IMG/VR virus record: IMGVR_UViG_2617270968_000003
Location: 1-16,694 of that record
Strand: one strand, 5' to 3'
DNA length: 16,694 bases
From: a virus
Taxonomy: Duplodnaviria; Heunggongvirae; Uroviricota; Caudoviricetes
Part shown: one piece after another, positions 8,147 to 15,212 of the stretch
Position numbering within the stretch: the stretch's first letter is position 1
Layout: the number at the start of each line of letters is the position of its first letter
Notes under the pieces: generated by a model
The model's database searches: none
What the model saw: the letters and a program-made list of their open reading frames with translations, nothing else
Told to the model about the DNA's origin: nothing
Made by a program: the position numbers and the translations under genes

Positions 8147-8320
8147 TTATAATGCAGTATCCCCTTCACAACGGTGAGCCACACGCCCACTCTGACGTAA
8201 CTTGCTTGCTGACTGCTGAACGCGCTGCCGCGAGTAACCAGCAAAAGCATCCGCAATGTCTCCGGAAGTACACCCCGGATTGGCTTCAATGAATTTCTGA
8301 ACGTCATTTAACAGACTCAT
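8147..8320 (-). CDS. Small hypothetical protein (57 aa), possible winged-helix DNA-binding protein, coupled to the replication gene
   Basis: ATG at 8320 lies 2 nt after the TGA stop of the upstream gene, with an AGGGGG SD; translation MSLLNDVQKFIEANPGCTSGDIADAFAGYSRQRVQQSASKLRQSGRVAHRCEGDTAL; under 60 aa so absent from the ORF track. Confidence 0.4.
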   Translation of the reverse strand: MSLLNDVQKFIEANPGCTSGDIADAFAGYSRQRVQQSASKLRQSGRVAHRCEGDTAL

Positions 8321-8322
8321 GA

Positions 8323-9264
8323 TCACCCCCTGAATCCTGCCGGGATCTGGCTGTAGTCCACGTTGTCGTAACTGGCTTTGAAGTACGGGTCTTCACGTTT
8401 TTCTGTGTGCGTGCTGACGGACGGCGATAAGCGCAGGGAAAGCTCATCCCATTTTTCCCGCAACTTCGACGGGCTGAGCACGTTACGGCACCAGAACGGA
8501 TCGCGGCTGACGCGGCTGTACATCTCGCAGATTTGTTTGTGAGTACGACCATCCTGCACACACATCAGGCGAATTTCGTTTGCCCAGGCTGTCCAGTTAG
8601 GTTCTTTGGGACGAACCACCTCGCCGTCACATTCGGCGGCCTGCTCGTACAGGGCGATGATTTTTTTCCAGAGCCACTGTGCGCAGGTCAAATCATCCTG
8701 CGTTCCCCACTGGCGCTTTTTAGAGCTGAATACAACCGCATCAGGATGACGAGTTAAAAAATCCTGTTCATCCTTCTTCATGTCCGGTTGCGAAGCGTCC
8801 GGACGAGAAGTTTTTTTATCTGACGGATCATGTTTTGATTTTACTGACGGATCCCCGCCAGATTCTGACGGGTGAAAACCCGCTTTTTTGCCAGATTTCG
8901 ACGCATCAAATTTTGACGGGTCAGATTTTGATGCGTCAGATTTTGACGGGTCAGAATCTGACAGTTGAGAAAATGCCGCTGCCTGAAGCTTCGCAACGTT
9001 AAGCTGATAAACATTCGACGCATTGCGGTTACCCTGGCGACGCGCCTTACGCGTTAACCAGCCTTCTGCTTCCAGCCGTGCGATAGCCGTTCTGACGGTA
9101 CTCATCCCCGCGCCAATCTGGCGGGCAATGGTTTCAATTGATGGCCAGCACACACCTTCGTCATTACTGAAATCAGCCAGGCGGGCCATAATTGCCACGC
9201 TGGATAACTTCATGCCTGACGCAGCGCAACCATCCCATACATAGCCGGTTAATTTAGTGCTCAT
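8323..9264 (-). CDS. Phage replication initiation protein (lambda O-like: N-terminal winged HTH, pentapeptide-repeat linker, C-terminal domain), 313 aa
   Basis: N-terminus LSSVAIMARLADFSNDEGVCWPSIETIARQIGAGMSTVRTAIARLEAEGWLTRKARRQGNRNASNVYQLN resembles replication-initiator wHTH domains; GAGG SD before ATG at 9264; position after cro/CII genes on the same strand. Confidence 0.65.
   Translation of the reverse strand: MSTKLTGYVWDGCAASGMKLSSVAIMARLADFSNDEGVCWPSIETIARQIGAGMSTVRTAIARLEAEGWLTRKARRQGNRNASNVYQLNVAKLQAAAFSQLSDSDPSKSDASKSDPSKFDASKSGKKAGFHPSESGGDPSVKSKHDPSDKKTSRPDASQPDMKKDEQDFLTRHPDAVVFSSKKRQWGTQDDLTCAQWLWKKIIALYEQAAECDGEVVRPKEPNWTAWANEIRLMCVQDGRTHKQICEMYSRVSRDPFWCRNVLSPSKLREKWDELSLRLSPSVSTHTEKREDPYFKASYDNVDYSQIPAGFRG
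8861..8964. repeat. Imperfect tandem 15-bp repeats (GATTTTGACGGGTCA-like, about 6 units) inside the replication-initiator gene, encoding DPSKS/DASKS pentapeptide repeats
   Basis: Units at 8861, 8894, 8909, 8924, 8939 and a partial one at 8954; protein shows SDSDPSKSDASKSDPSKFDASKSGKK. Confidence 0.8.
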
Positions 9265-9273
9265 GACCGACCT

Positions 9274-9612
9274 CTATTTCCCTGAATTTACGACGAAACT
9301 GTTCGAGCGGGCTGAAGCACTCATGCTCATAGCCTTCGCGGAGGTAGATAACCCGTTGTGTTTCCGGCTCCCAACGAATGACTCTGACGGGTACTCCGTA
9401 GTGATCTTTGAACCAGCGGTTAACTTGTCGCAAAGGACTGTCTCCTTCTGCCGGTTGAAATCACCCACAGCCCACTCTGCAAAGCTGTGGGTTACAATTT
9501 CCCTGTCACCTGGTACATTCACTGCATAGCAATATTCCACCTTCGCTTTTCCACCCGGTACAGGAAGCGCAATCAGTTGCGAGCGACGGTAGTGTGTTGT
9601 TAAACTGTTCAT
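9274..9612 (-). CDS. Hypothetical protein, 112 aa, between CII-like and replication genes
   Basis: ATG at 9612 overlaps the CII-like stop as ATGA; GGAGA SD 9 nt upstream; stop 9 nt before the next gene's SD. Contains a 9-bp perfect hairpin at 9463..9492. No recognisable domain. Confidence 0.45.
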   Translation of the reverse strand: MNSLTTHYRRSQLIALPVPGGKAKVEYCYAVNVPGDREIVTHSFAEWAVGDFNRQKETVLCDKLTAGSKITTEYPSESFVGSRKHNGLSTSAKAMSMSASARSNSFVVNSGK

Positions 9613-10178
9613 GCGTTAGTTTCTCCACAACCAGAAGCAATCGACGCCACGACGCCCGGAGCTGCACACTCGCGGGCGTCATTACTTTCTGAAATGCAAA
9701 AAATTTTGTAAACAAGTGCTGCATGCTCCTGCAGCTTCGAAATTGAGAGATACAGCTCGTCGTTAATTGCTGTCTTCTCATGCGGTTCCACTACACCGTC
9801 TTCGATTGCTGAACGAATCTGTTTTGAATAACTGCCGATCTGTTCAATGACTTCCAGCAGACGCTGGTTAATATCGGCGTTGTCCACATCCTCGACGTCA
9901 GGAAGAGACACAAAGACGCCATTTGCAGACTGCGCCACAGCATCAGCAATGAAGTGAGTGCCACCAGCACGCTGTAAAACCATTGCCCATCCCAGCGGGA
10001 AAATCTGATCGCCATCTGCACGAAGGCGGTTGAATAAAGCGTTTTCTGTTACATCGAGCCAGTCAGCCGCTTCAGCGTAACCACCCGGCAACGCCGCGAT
10101 AGTTTTTCTGACAGCTTTCACGTACCACTCAGGCTGTTTTTCTATTTTCCAGTGATGCTTACCCACGATTAGCCTCAT
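9609..10178 (-). CDS. Phage regulatory protein, CII-like (CP76/YdaT-like family), 189 aa
   Basis: Immediately downstream of the cro-like gene on the same strand, as lambda cII is; size and context fit the enterobacterial prophage CII-like family; family assignment is from memory. Confidence 0.5.
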   Translation of the reverse strand: MRLIVGKHHWKIEKQPEWYVKAVRKTIAALPGGYAEAADWLDVTENALFNRLRADGDQIFPLGWAMVLQRAGGTHFIADAVAQSANGVFVSLPDVEDVDNADINQRLLEVIEQIGSYSKQIRSAIEDGVVEPHEKTAINDELYLSISKLQEHAALVYKIFCISESNDARECAAPGVVASIASGCGETNA

Positions 10179-10209
10179 CGTTCTGTGGTTAAAAATTGAA
10201 AGTGTTCTG

Positions 10210-10410
10210 CTAATCTTTCGGATAGATATCCGGTCTTAAGTCAGATTTCGTAATTGCACCTGACGTGCATTGCTCAAGTTTTTTAGCCAGCACAAAACTG
10301 GCTTTTTTATAGCCATTGAAAACCAGCCGTAAGTAGCCAGGTGTTGAGCCAACTTTTCCGGCCAACTCGCCCTGCTGTTCTTTGGTTAAAGAGTCCCAAT
10401 ACGATTTCAT
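10210..10410 (-). CDS. Cro/YdaS-like HTH transcriptional regulator, 66 aa
   Basis: ATG at 10410 with GGAGG SD 9 nt upstream; MKSYWDSLTKEQQGELAGKVGSTPGYLRLVFNGYKKASFVLAKKLEQCTSGAITKSDLRPDIY resembles Cro/YdaS-type HTH proteins; divergent from the cI-like gene. The longer 167-aa ORF in the track is an upstream extension without SD. Confidence 0.65.
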   Translation of the reverse strand: MKSYWDSLTKEQQGELAGKVGSTPGYLRLVFNGYKKASFVLAKKLEQCTSGAITKSDLRPDIYPKD

Positions 10411-10500
10411 ACGATATGTACCTCCGGTGTACATATTACATGATTGAAATGAACCTTCAAGATACTTGTACCTTAACGGTACAAGGGTTTTAATTTCGTT
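10411..10500. promoter_or_regulatory. Divergent cI/cro intergenic control region with two palindromic operator-like sites
   Basis: Inverted repeats ATGTACCTCCGGTGTACAT (10416..10434) and CTTGTACC-TTAAC-GGTACAAG (10465..10485), both built on TGTACC/GGTACA half-sites, between divergent repressor and cro-like starts. Confidence 0.6.
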
Positions 10501-11175
10501 ATGAAAACAATCCATGACATCCGGCGGTCTAACGCCAGAAAACTGAGAGATGGTGTTGGCGGGAATTCTTCCTTTGCCACTATGATTGATCGCGAGCCAA
10601 CCCAGACCAGCAGGTTTATGGGAGATGGTGCTACTAAAAATATCGGTGACAGCATGGCACGACACATCGAAAAATGTTTCGACCTGCCTGTCGGATGGCT
10701 CGATCAAGAACACCAGACAACGAACATCACAAAAAAACCTGATGTTTCAATCACTAATAAACAAATCACATTAGTCCCTGTCATATCATGGGTACAGGCC
10801 GGAGCATGGAAAGAAGTTGGATATTCTGAGGTTGATTTGAGCACAGCAGAAACGTATCCCTGCCCTGTACCCTGTGGGGAAATGACTTATATCTTGCGGG
10901 TGATAGGTGATTCAATGATTGATGAGTACCGCCCGGGAGACATGATTTTTGTCGATCCTGAAGTACCTGCCTGCCACGGTGACGACGTTATTGCATTGAT
11001 GCACGATACAGGTGAAACCACCTTCAAAAGGTTGATAGAAGATGGGACACAGCGTTATCTCAAAGCGTTAAACCCAAACTGGCCTGAGCCTTACATTAAG
11101 ATCAACGGTAATTGCTCTATAATTGGAACTGTGATTTTCTCAGGAAAACCAAGAAGATACAAAATCAAAGCCTAA
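10501..11175 (+). CDS. CI-like phage repressor with C-terminal S24 (LexA-like) autopeptidase domain, 224 aa
   Basis: C-terminal VIGDSMIDEYRPGDMIFVDP...GDDVIA (S24 Ser site GDSM, later Lys); divergent from cro-like gene; no SD upstream of the ATG, so possibly leaderless like lambda cI from PRM. Confidence 0.75.
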   Translation: MKTIHDIRRSNARKLRDGVGGNSSFATMIDREPTQTSRFMGDGATKNIGDSMARHIEKCFDLPVGWLDQEHQTTNITKKPDVSITNKQITLVPVISWVQAGAWKEVGYSEVDLSTAETYPCPVPCGEMTYILRVIGDSMIDEYRPGDMIFVDPEVPACHGDDVIALMHDTGETTFKRLIEDGTQRYLKALNPNWPEPYIKINGNCSIIGTVIFSGKPRRYKIKA

Positions 11176-11187
11176 TCAATGTTTATG

Positions 11188-11210
11188 AACCTGCTTCGGC
11201 AGGTTTTTTT
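11188..11210 (+). terminator. Rho-independent terminator after the cI-like gene
   Basis: AACCTGC-TTCG-GCAGGTT hairpin followed by TTTTTTT, 13 nt after the stop. Confidence 0.75.
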
Positions 11211-11214
11211 ATAC

Positions 11215-11243
11215 TTGACAATGTACCCTTGAGATACATAATG
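11215..11243 (+). promoter_or_regulatory. Sigma70-like promoter (TTGACA, 17-nt spacer, ATAATG) overlapped by two direct AATGTACCC repeats
   Basis: TTGACA at 11215..11220 and CATAAT/ATAATG at 11237..11243; the repeats share the TGTACC half-site seen in the cI/cro operators. Confidence 0.5.
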
Positions 11244-11323
11244 TACCCAAGAGAAACAACAAACAGGCAGAACGCCCACGAAGTAGCCGCCTGGGGCATA
11301 TGAAGTCCAGGATGATTCGTTAG

Positions 11324-11351
11324 CAACAAAAAAGCGCCCTACAGGACGCTT
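11324..11351 (-). terminator. Rho-independent terminator on the minus strand (8-bp stem with one G-U, UGUA loop, U-run)
   Basis: Minus strand reads AAGCGUCC-UGUA-GGGCGCUU followed by UUUUUUGUUG; on the plus strand the hairpin lacks a U-run. Confidence 0.55.
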
Positions 11352-11409
11352 AGCTCTTTAACAATCTGGTCCCCATCAACAAGTAACTGATAACTTGAGG
11401 AGGTGTGAA

Positions 11410-11616
11410 ATGCACAAAACAGAACCCAAAATCGTCGCGCCCGGATACACAAATGAGGAAATTTACGAGTGGATGGCAAAGAAGCTGGCAGCTATAAACC
11501 AGCTTCGTGAAGTGCTGTCTTATCGACAGGAAATAATAGACTCCTTAAAAAAACTGGATCAGGAAATCACGGTTTTATCACAGGATGTTACTTTAGATAT
11601 TGTGCAGACAAATTAG
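11410..11616 (+). CDS. Small hypothetical protein, 68 aa
   Basis: ATG at 11410 with GAGGAGGTG SD; coiled-coil-like composition; 3' end overlaps the convergent 144-aa gene by 29 nt. Confidence 0.5.
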   Translation: MHKTEPKIVAPGYTNEEIYEWMAKKLAAINQLREVLSYRQEIIDSLKKLDQEITVLSQDVTLDIVQTN

Positions 11617-12022
11617 GATCCCATTCATTTTCGTCAAAATCATCAAAGTGATGAATTTGTGATCTCCAGTCTCGATAATCTAAAAATTTCTGGGCGGTTA
11701 CGCTTATTTTATCAAGTGTGAGTTCATCCTGAATTGAAAGAAGAAGTTCATCAAATTTCATCTCATTAATCTGTTTTGGCATCCAGTGATGCTTCATCAG
11801 AATAAGGTGAACCAGAGCCTTTTTCCCATTCAACTGATTATAGGGAGTGCCGAATTTCTTCCGGTGCTCATGTAAGACAAGGTCCAGAAGAGTAAGTAAT
11901 GTTGCCCTTGATTCGACTTTGCTTATTTCGACTGATGACACTACCCCACTGATTTCAATGCCCCGATACTTTCCAACATTTTCACAGTGGGATTTGTACA
12001 GCGTGTAGATATTACCGGACAT
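11588..12022 (-). CDS. Hypothetical protein, 144 aa; orphan accessory gene in the immunity region
   Basis: ATG at 12022 with AAGGAAAAG SD; AT-rich; no recognisable domain; sits where lambdoid phages carry rex/sie-type exclusion genes. Confidence 0.55.
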   Translation of the reverse strand: MSGNIYTLYKSHCENVGKYRGIEISGVVSSVEISKVESRATLLTLLDLVLHEHRKKFGTPYNQLNGKKALVHLILMKHHWMPKQINEMKFDELLLSIQDELTLDKISVTAQKFLDYRDWRSQIHHFDDFDENEWDPNLSAQYLK

Positions 12023-12099
12023 TTCTTTTCCTTTTGCGTTGTTGGGGATAACCAGATTAACCGAATCCTTGTTGTTGGGGAATAACCAGGTCCACCTCG

Positions 12100-12500
12100 C
12101 CTGATGTGGCTAAAAGCAGGCACATAACAGCTAAGTATTTTCAACCAGAGAGAATCCTTAGCGTTGTGGTGAATGCGGCTCAGCGCACGCGGGTTAAGGT
12201 TGAGGCTGACAGTCGACCTTCTGTGGATACCTACCCGCCTGGTGTGCAACCTTCGCCAGGCACCGGGAGGCACCCGGCACCACAACTTTATGCTGTGTGT
12301 AGTCCTGGCGGTACCAGTTTGTACCCTTGCTTCCGGCTGGTACCGTCCTTTTTACAAAACAGAGAAGAGCATCACCGGACGACGGGCTCATAACCCAATC
12401 CATCCGGGCGGCTGCCACCGCAGGTGTTCTTCTCTGTTTTGTGGAGAAACTAACCGCCCCTGCGGGGGCATCTATTGAAACGTAATTGACTCAATAATCG
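12100..12500. other. GC-rich, hairpin-dense non-coding block upstream of the early operon; candidate structured RNA and/or operator region
   Basis: ORFs open in several frames on both strands (typical of GC-rich non-coding DNA); 15-bp perfect inverted repeat 12354..12368 / 12428..12442; 9-bp hairpin 12309..12317 / 12337..12345; further GC hairpins at about 12237..12262, 12263..12280 and 12456..12470. Confidence 0.4.
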
Positions 12501-12567
12501 CCGGATGGTGAGGGCTTCCTTTTCCCAAAATTCAGCGCGGTGCAGCGCATATAAAGTGGAGAACGAA

Positions 12568-13104
12568 ATGTCATTTATTAAAACTTTTTCCGGGAAGCAT
12601 TTTTATTATGACAAGATAAATAAAGACGACATCGTTATTAACGATATCGCGGTTTCCCTTTCAAATATCTGCCGCTTTGCCGGTCATCTTTCTCACTTCT
12701 ACAGCGTCGCCCAACATGCGGTGCTTTGCAGCCAGCTGGTGCCGCAGGAATTTGCTTTTGAAGCTTTAATGCATGATGCAACAGAAGCATATTGCCAGGA
12801 CATCCCCGCACCACTGAAACGACTTCTTCCTGACTATAAACGGATGGAAGAAAAAATAGACGCCGTAATCCGTGAGAAATACGGGTTACCTCCTGTTATG
12901 AGCACGCCAGTGAAATATGCCGATCTCATTATGCTGGCAACCGAACGCCGCGATCTCGGGCTTGATGATGGCTCTTTCTGGCCTGTGCTGGAAGGTATCC
13001 CGGCAACAGAGATGTTCAACGTGATTCCACTGGCTCCAGGCCATGCCTACGGGATGTTTATGGAACGCTTTAACGAATTATCGGAGTTACGCAAATGCGC
13101 ATGA
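12568..13104 (+). CDS. HD-domain metal-dependent phosphohydrolase (YfbR/YfdR-like 5'-deoxynucleotidase family), 178 aa
   Basis: H...HD...D pattern (SVAQHAV, LMHDATEAY, QDIP); ATG at 12568 with GGAG SD; the track's 12505 start has no SD. Confidence 0.65.
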   Translation: MSFIKTFSGKHFYYDKINKDDIVINDIAVSLSNICRFAGHLSHFYSVAQHAVLCSQLVPQEFAFEALMHDATEAYCQDIPAPLKRLLPDYKRMEEKIDAVIREKYGLPPVMSTPVKYADLIMLATERRDLGLDDGSFWPVLEGIPATEMFNVIPLAPGHAYGMFMERFNELSELRKCA

Positions 13105-13457
13105 ATGTTTTCGAAATGGAAGGGTTTCTTCGTGGGAGATGTGTACCGCGAGATCTGAAAGTGAATGAAACGGATGCTGAATACCTAGTGCGTAAATTCG
13201 ATGCGCTTGAAGCTAAATGTGCAGCACAGGAAAACAAAGTAATACCAGTGTCAACTGAACTGCCACCAGCAAATGAAAGTGTTTTGTTATTCGATGCTAA
13301 CGGAGAAGGCTGGCTAATTGGCTGGCGTTCTCTCTGGTACACCTGGGGACAAAAAGAAACCGGAGAATGGCAGTGGACATTTCAGGTCGGGGACCTTGAA
13401 AACGTCAATATCACTCACTGGGCAGTAATGCCAAAAGCACCGGAGGCTGGAGCATAA
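13095..13457 (+). CDS. DUF551-like phage protein, 120 aa
   Basis: Trp-rich C-terminal half (GWLIGWRSLWYTWGQ...WQW...THWAVMP) typical of DUF551 prophage proteins; start overlaps the HD gene stop; GGAG SD. Confidence 0.5.
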   Translation: MRMNVFEMEGFLRGRCVPRDLKVNETDAEYLVRKFDALEAKCAAQENKVIPVSTELPPANESVLLFDANGEGWLIGWRSLWYTWGQKETGEWQWTFQVGDLENVNITHWAVMPKAPEAGA

Positions 13458-13762
13458 TGACCACTTTTACCGACAAAGAACTGATTAAAGAAATTAAAGA
13501 GCGTATCAGCAGCCTTGACGTGCGAGACGATATTGAGCGCCGTGCTTATGAAATCGCACTCCTATCTCTGGAAGTAGAACCAGATGAACGCGAAGCTTAT
13601 GAATTATTCATGGAAAAGCGTTTTGGTGACTTAGTAGATCGTCGGAGAGCAAAAAACGGCGATAACGAATACATGGCATGGAATATGACTCTCGGTTGGA
13701 TCGTCTGGCAGCAACGAGCTGGTATCCATTTCTCAAAAATCTCACAGCAAGAGGTGAAATAA
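13457..13762 (+). CDS. Hypothetical phage protein, 101 aa
   Basis: ATG overlaps the previous stop (TAATG); stop overlaps the xis start (TAATG); part of a coupled operon. Confidence 0.5.
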   Translation: MTTFTDKELIKEIKERISSLDVRDDIERRAYEIALLSLEVEPDEREAYELFMEKRFGDLVDRRRAKNGDNEYMAWNMTLGWIVWQQRAGIHFSKISQQEVK

Positions 13763-14112
13763 TGGAGCCATACAGCCTCACACTCGATGAGGCCTGTCAT
13801 TTTCTCAAGATATCCAGACCGACTGCCATTAACTGGATACGCACAGGGCGTCTTCAGGCAACACGCAAAGATCCCACTAAGAATAAATCTCCTTACCTCA
13901 CAACACGACAAGCCTGCATTGCGGCTCTTCAGTCTCCGCTGCATACTGTCCAGGTGAGCGCGGGTGATGGCATAACAGAGGAAAGAAAATGTCACTCTTC
14001 CGCAGAGGTGAAATATGGTACGCCAGTTTCACATTGCCGAACGGTAAAAGATTTAAACAGTCTCTTGGAACAAAGGACAAAAGGCAGGCGACAGAACTCC
14101 ATGACAAGCTAA
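13762..14112 (+). CDS. xis: Excisionase (Xis/AlpA-type HTH), 116 aa, overlapping the integrase start
   Basis: [37 protein letters not shown] matches the excisionase-family HTH pattern; GAGGTG SD before ATG at 13762; 3' 124 nt overlap the integrase in another frame. Confidence 0.65.
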   Translation: MEPYSLTLDEACHFLKISRPTAINWIRTGRLQATRKDPTKNKSPYLTTRQACIAALQSPLHTVQVSAGDGITEERKCHSSAEVKYGTPVSHCRTVKDLNSLLEQRTKGRRQNSMTS

Positions 14113-15152
14113 AGGCTGAAGCATGGCGGGTCAGCAAACTTGGTGAAATACCTGATATAACGTTCGAGGAAGCGTGTGTCAGGTGGCTTGAAGAGAAAGC
14201 ACATAAAAAATCACTGGACGATGACAAAAGCCGGATCGGATTCTGGCTTCAACATTTCGCAGGAATGCAACTAAGAGACATTACTGAATCAAAAATTTAT
14301 TCAGCAATGCAGAAAATGACGAACCGGCGTCATGAGGAAAACTGGAGACTCAGGGCAGAAGCATGCAGAAAAAAAGGGAAACCTGTTCCAGAATACACGC
14401 CAAAACCAGCGTCCGTTGCAACGAAGGCTACGCATCTTTCATTTATAAAGGCCCTACTAAGAGCCGCAGAGCGTGAATGGAAAATGCTGGATAAGGCACC
14501 AATTATTAAAGTGCCTCAACCAAAGAATAAACGGATCCGCTGGCTGGAGCCCCATGAAGCACAAAGGCTGATTGATGAATGTCCGGAGCCATTAAAGTCT
14601 GTTGTTGAATTTGCACTGGCAACAGGTTTAAGACGCTCGAACATCATCAACCTTGAATGGCAACAAATAGATATGCAGCGCCGGGTGGCATGGATAAACC
14701 CGGAAGAGAGTAAATCAAACCGCGCAATTGGCGTTGCGCTGAATGATACTGCATGTCGCGTATTGAAAAAACAAATCGGGAATCATCACCGTTGGGTATT
14801 TGTGTACAAGGAAAGCTGTACCAAACCAGACGGAACGAAAGCGCCAACAGTAAGGAAGATGCGGTATGACGCAAACACAGCCTGGAAAGCGGCGCTGAGA
14901 CGGGCTGGTATTGATGATTTCAGATTTCACGACTTGAGACACACCTGGGCAAGTTGGCTGGTTCAAGCCGGAGTCCCGTTGTCAGTGTTACAGGAAATGG
15001 GAGGCTGGGAGTCTATCGAAATGGTTCGTCGATATGCTCACCTTGCACCTAATCACCTTACCGAACACGCACGGCAAATAGACTCGATCCTGAACCCATC
15101 GGTCCCAAATTTGTCCCAGTCAAAAAATAAGGAAGGTACTAATGATGTGTAA
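13989..15152 (+). CDS. int: Tyrosine-type site-specific recombinase (phage integrase), 387 aa
   Basis: N-terminal arm-binding-like [34 protein letters not shown]; C-terminal catalytic [12 protein letters not shown] ... MVRRYAHL (R-H-R-Y); ends 14 nt before the tRNA-fragment att copy. Confidence 0.85.
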   Translation: MSLFRRGEIWYASFTLPNGKRFKQSLGTKDKRQATELHDKLKAEAWRVSKLGEIPDITFEEACVRWLEEKAHKKSLDDDKSRIGFWLQHFAGMQLRDITESKIYSAMQKMTNRRHEENWRLRAEACRKKGKPVPEYTPKPASVATKATHLSFIKALLRAAEREWKMLDKAPIIKVPQPKNKRIRWLEPHEAQRLIDECPEPLKSVVEFALATGLRRSNIINLEWQQIDMQRRVAWINPEESKSNRAIGVALNDTACRVLKKQIGNHHRWVFVYKESCTKPDGTKAPTVRKMRYDANTAWKAALRRAGIDDFRFHDLRHTWASWLVQAGVPLSVLQEMGGWESIEMVRRYAHLAPNHLTEHARQIDSILNPSVPNLSQSKNKEGTNDV

Positions 15153-15166
15153 CTTATTGATTTAAA

Positions 15167-15212
15167 TGGTGCCGATAATAGGAGTCGAACCTACGACCTT
15201 CGCATTACGAAT
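15167..15212 (-). other. 46-nt 3' fragment of tRNA-Thr(CGU), attachment-site copy 2, directly after int
   Basis: Identical to the fragment at 1749..1794; again followed by element-left-end sequence instead of the tRNA 5' half. Confidence 0.8.

Larger units (their letters stand above)
1749..15166. mobile_element. One complete unit (13,418 bp) of a tRNA-Thr-integrated element: att fragment, cargo (ParA-like operon, GmrSD), lambdoid replication/immunity/early modules, xis-int; defective prophage or satellite/PICI-like island
   Basis: Bounded by two identical tRNA-fragment att copies (1749 and 15167); tyrosine integrase and excisionase at the tRNA-proximal end; cI/cro/CII/O-like genes present, no lysis or capsid genes; cargo region is AT-rich. 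Confidence 0.7.

Noticed and set aside
8098-8307. Track ORFs 8116..8307 (-, 63 aa) and 8098..8292 (+, 64 aa)
   Set aside because: The 57-aa frame starting at 8320, 2 nt after the upstream stop with an SD, is better supported; these are the other frames of the same stretch.
8304-9244. ORFs 8304..8561 (-), 8533..8757 (+), 8841..9023 (-) and 9023..9244 (+) inside the replication-initiator gene
   Set aside because: Alternative-frame or antisense ORFs; the 15-bp repeats create open frames in several phases.
9257-10021. ORFs 9257..9529 (+), 9506..9781 (-) and 9791..10021 (-)
   Set aside because: Overlap orf112 or the CII-like gene in other frames or antisense; no SD.
10411-10713. Longer 167-aa version of the cro-like ORF, start at 10713
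   Set aside because: The extension runs antisense through the cI gene start and lacks an SD; the ATG at 10410 has a GGAGG SD and yields a typical 66-aa Cro-like protein.
10473-11303. ORFs 10473..10667 (-), 10586..10774 (+) and 11112..11303 (+)
   Set aside because: Inside or antisense to the cI-like gene, or spanning its terminator and the downstream promoter.
11941-12478. Four overlapping ORFs (11941..12285 -, 12106..12393 +, 12173..12478 +, 12194..12418 -) in the GC-rich block
   Set aside because: Mutually overlapping frames on both strands with Arg/Pro/Gly-rich translations are the signature of GC-rich non-coding DNA; treated as a structured element instead.
12505-12567. Upstream start (12505) for the HD-domain gene
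   Set aside because: No SD; the ATG at 12568 has GGAG at the right spacing and the conserved region starts there.
13678-13761. Upstream extension of the xis ORF to the ATG at 13678
   Set aside because: It overlaps the preceding gene; the ATG at 13762 has a GAGGTG SD and starts the HTH region.
12834-14966. Minus-strand ORFs 12834..13019, 13070..13342, 13597..13995, 13898..14227, 14647..14874 and 14715..14966
   Set aside because: All antisense to the coupled plus-strand early operon; no SDs or motifs.
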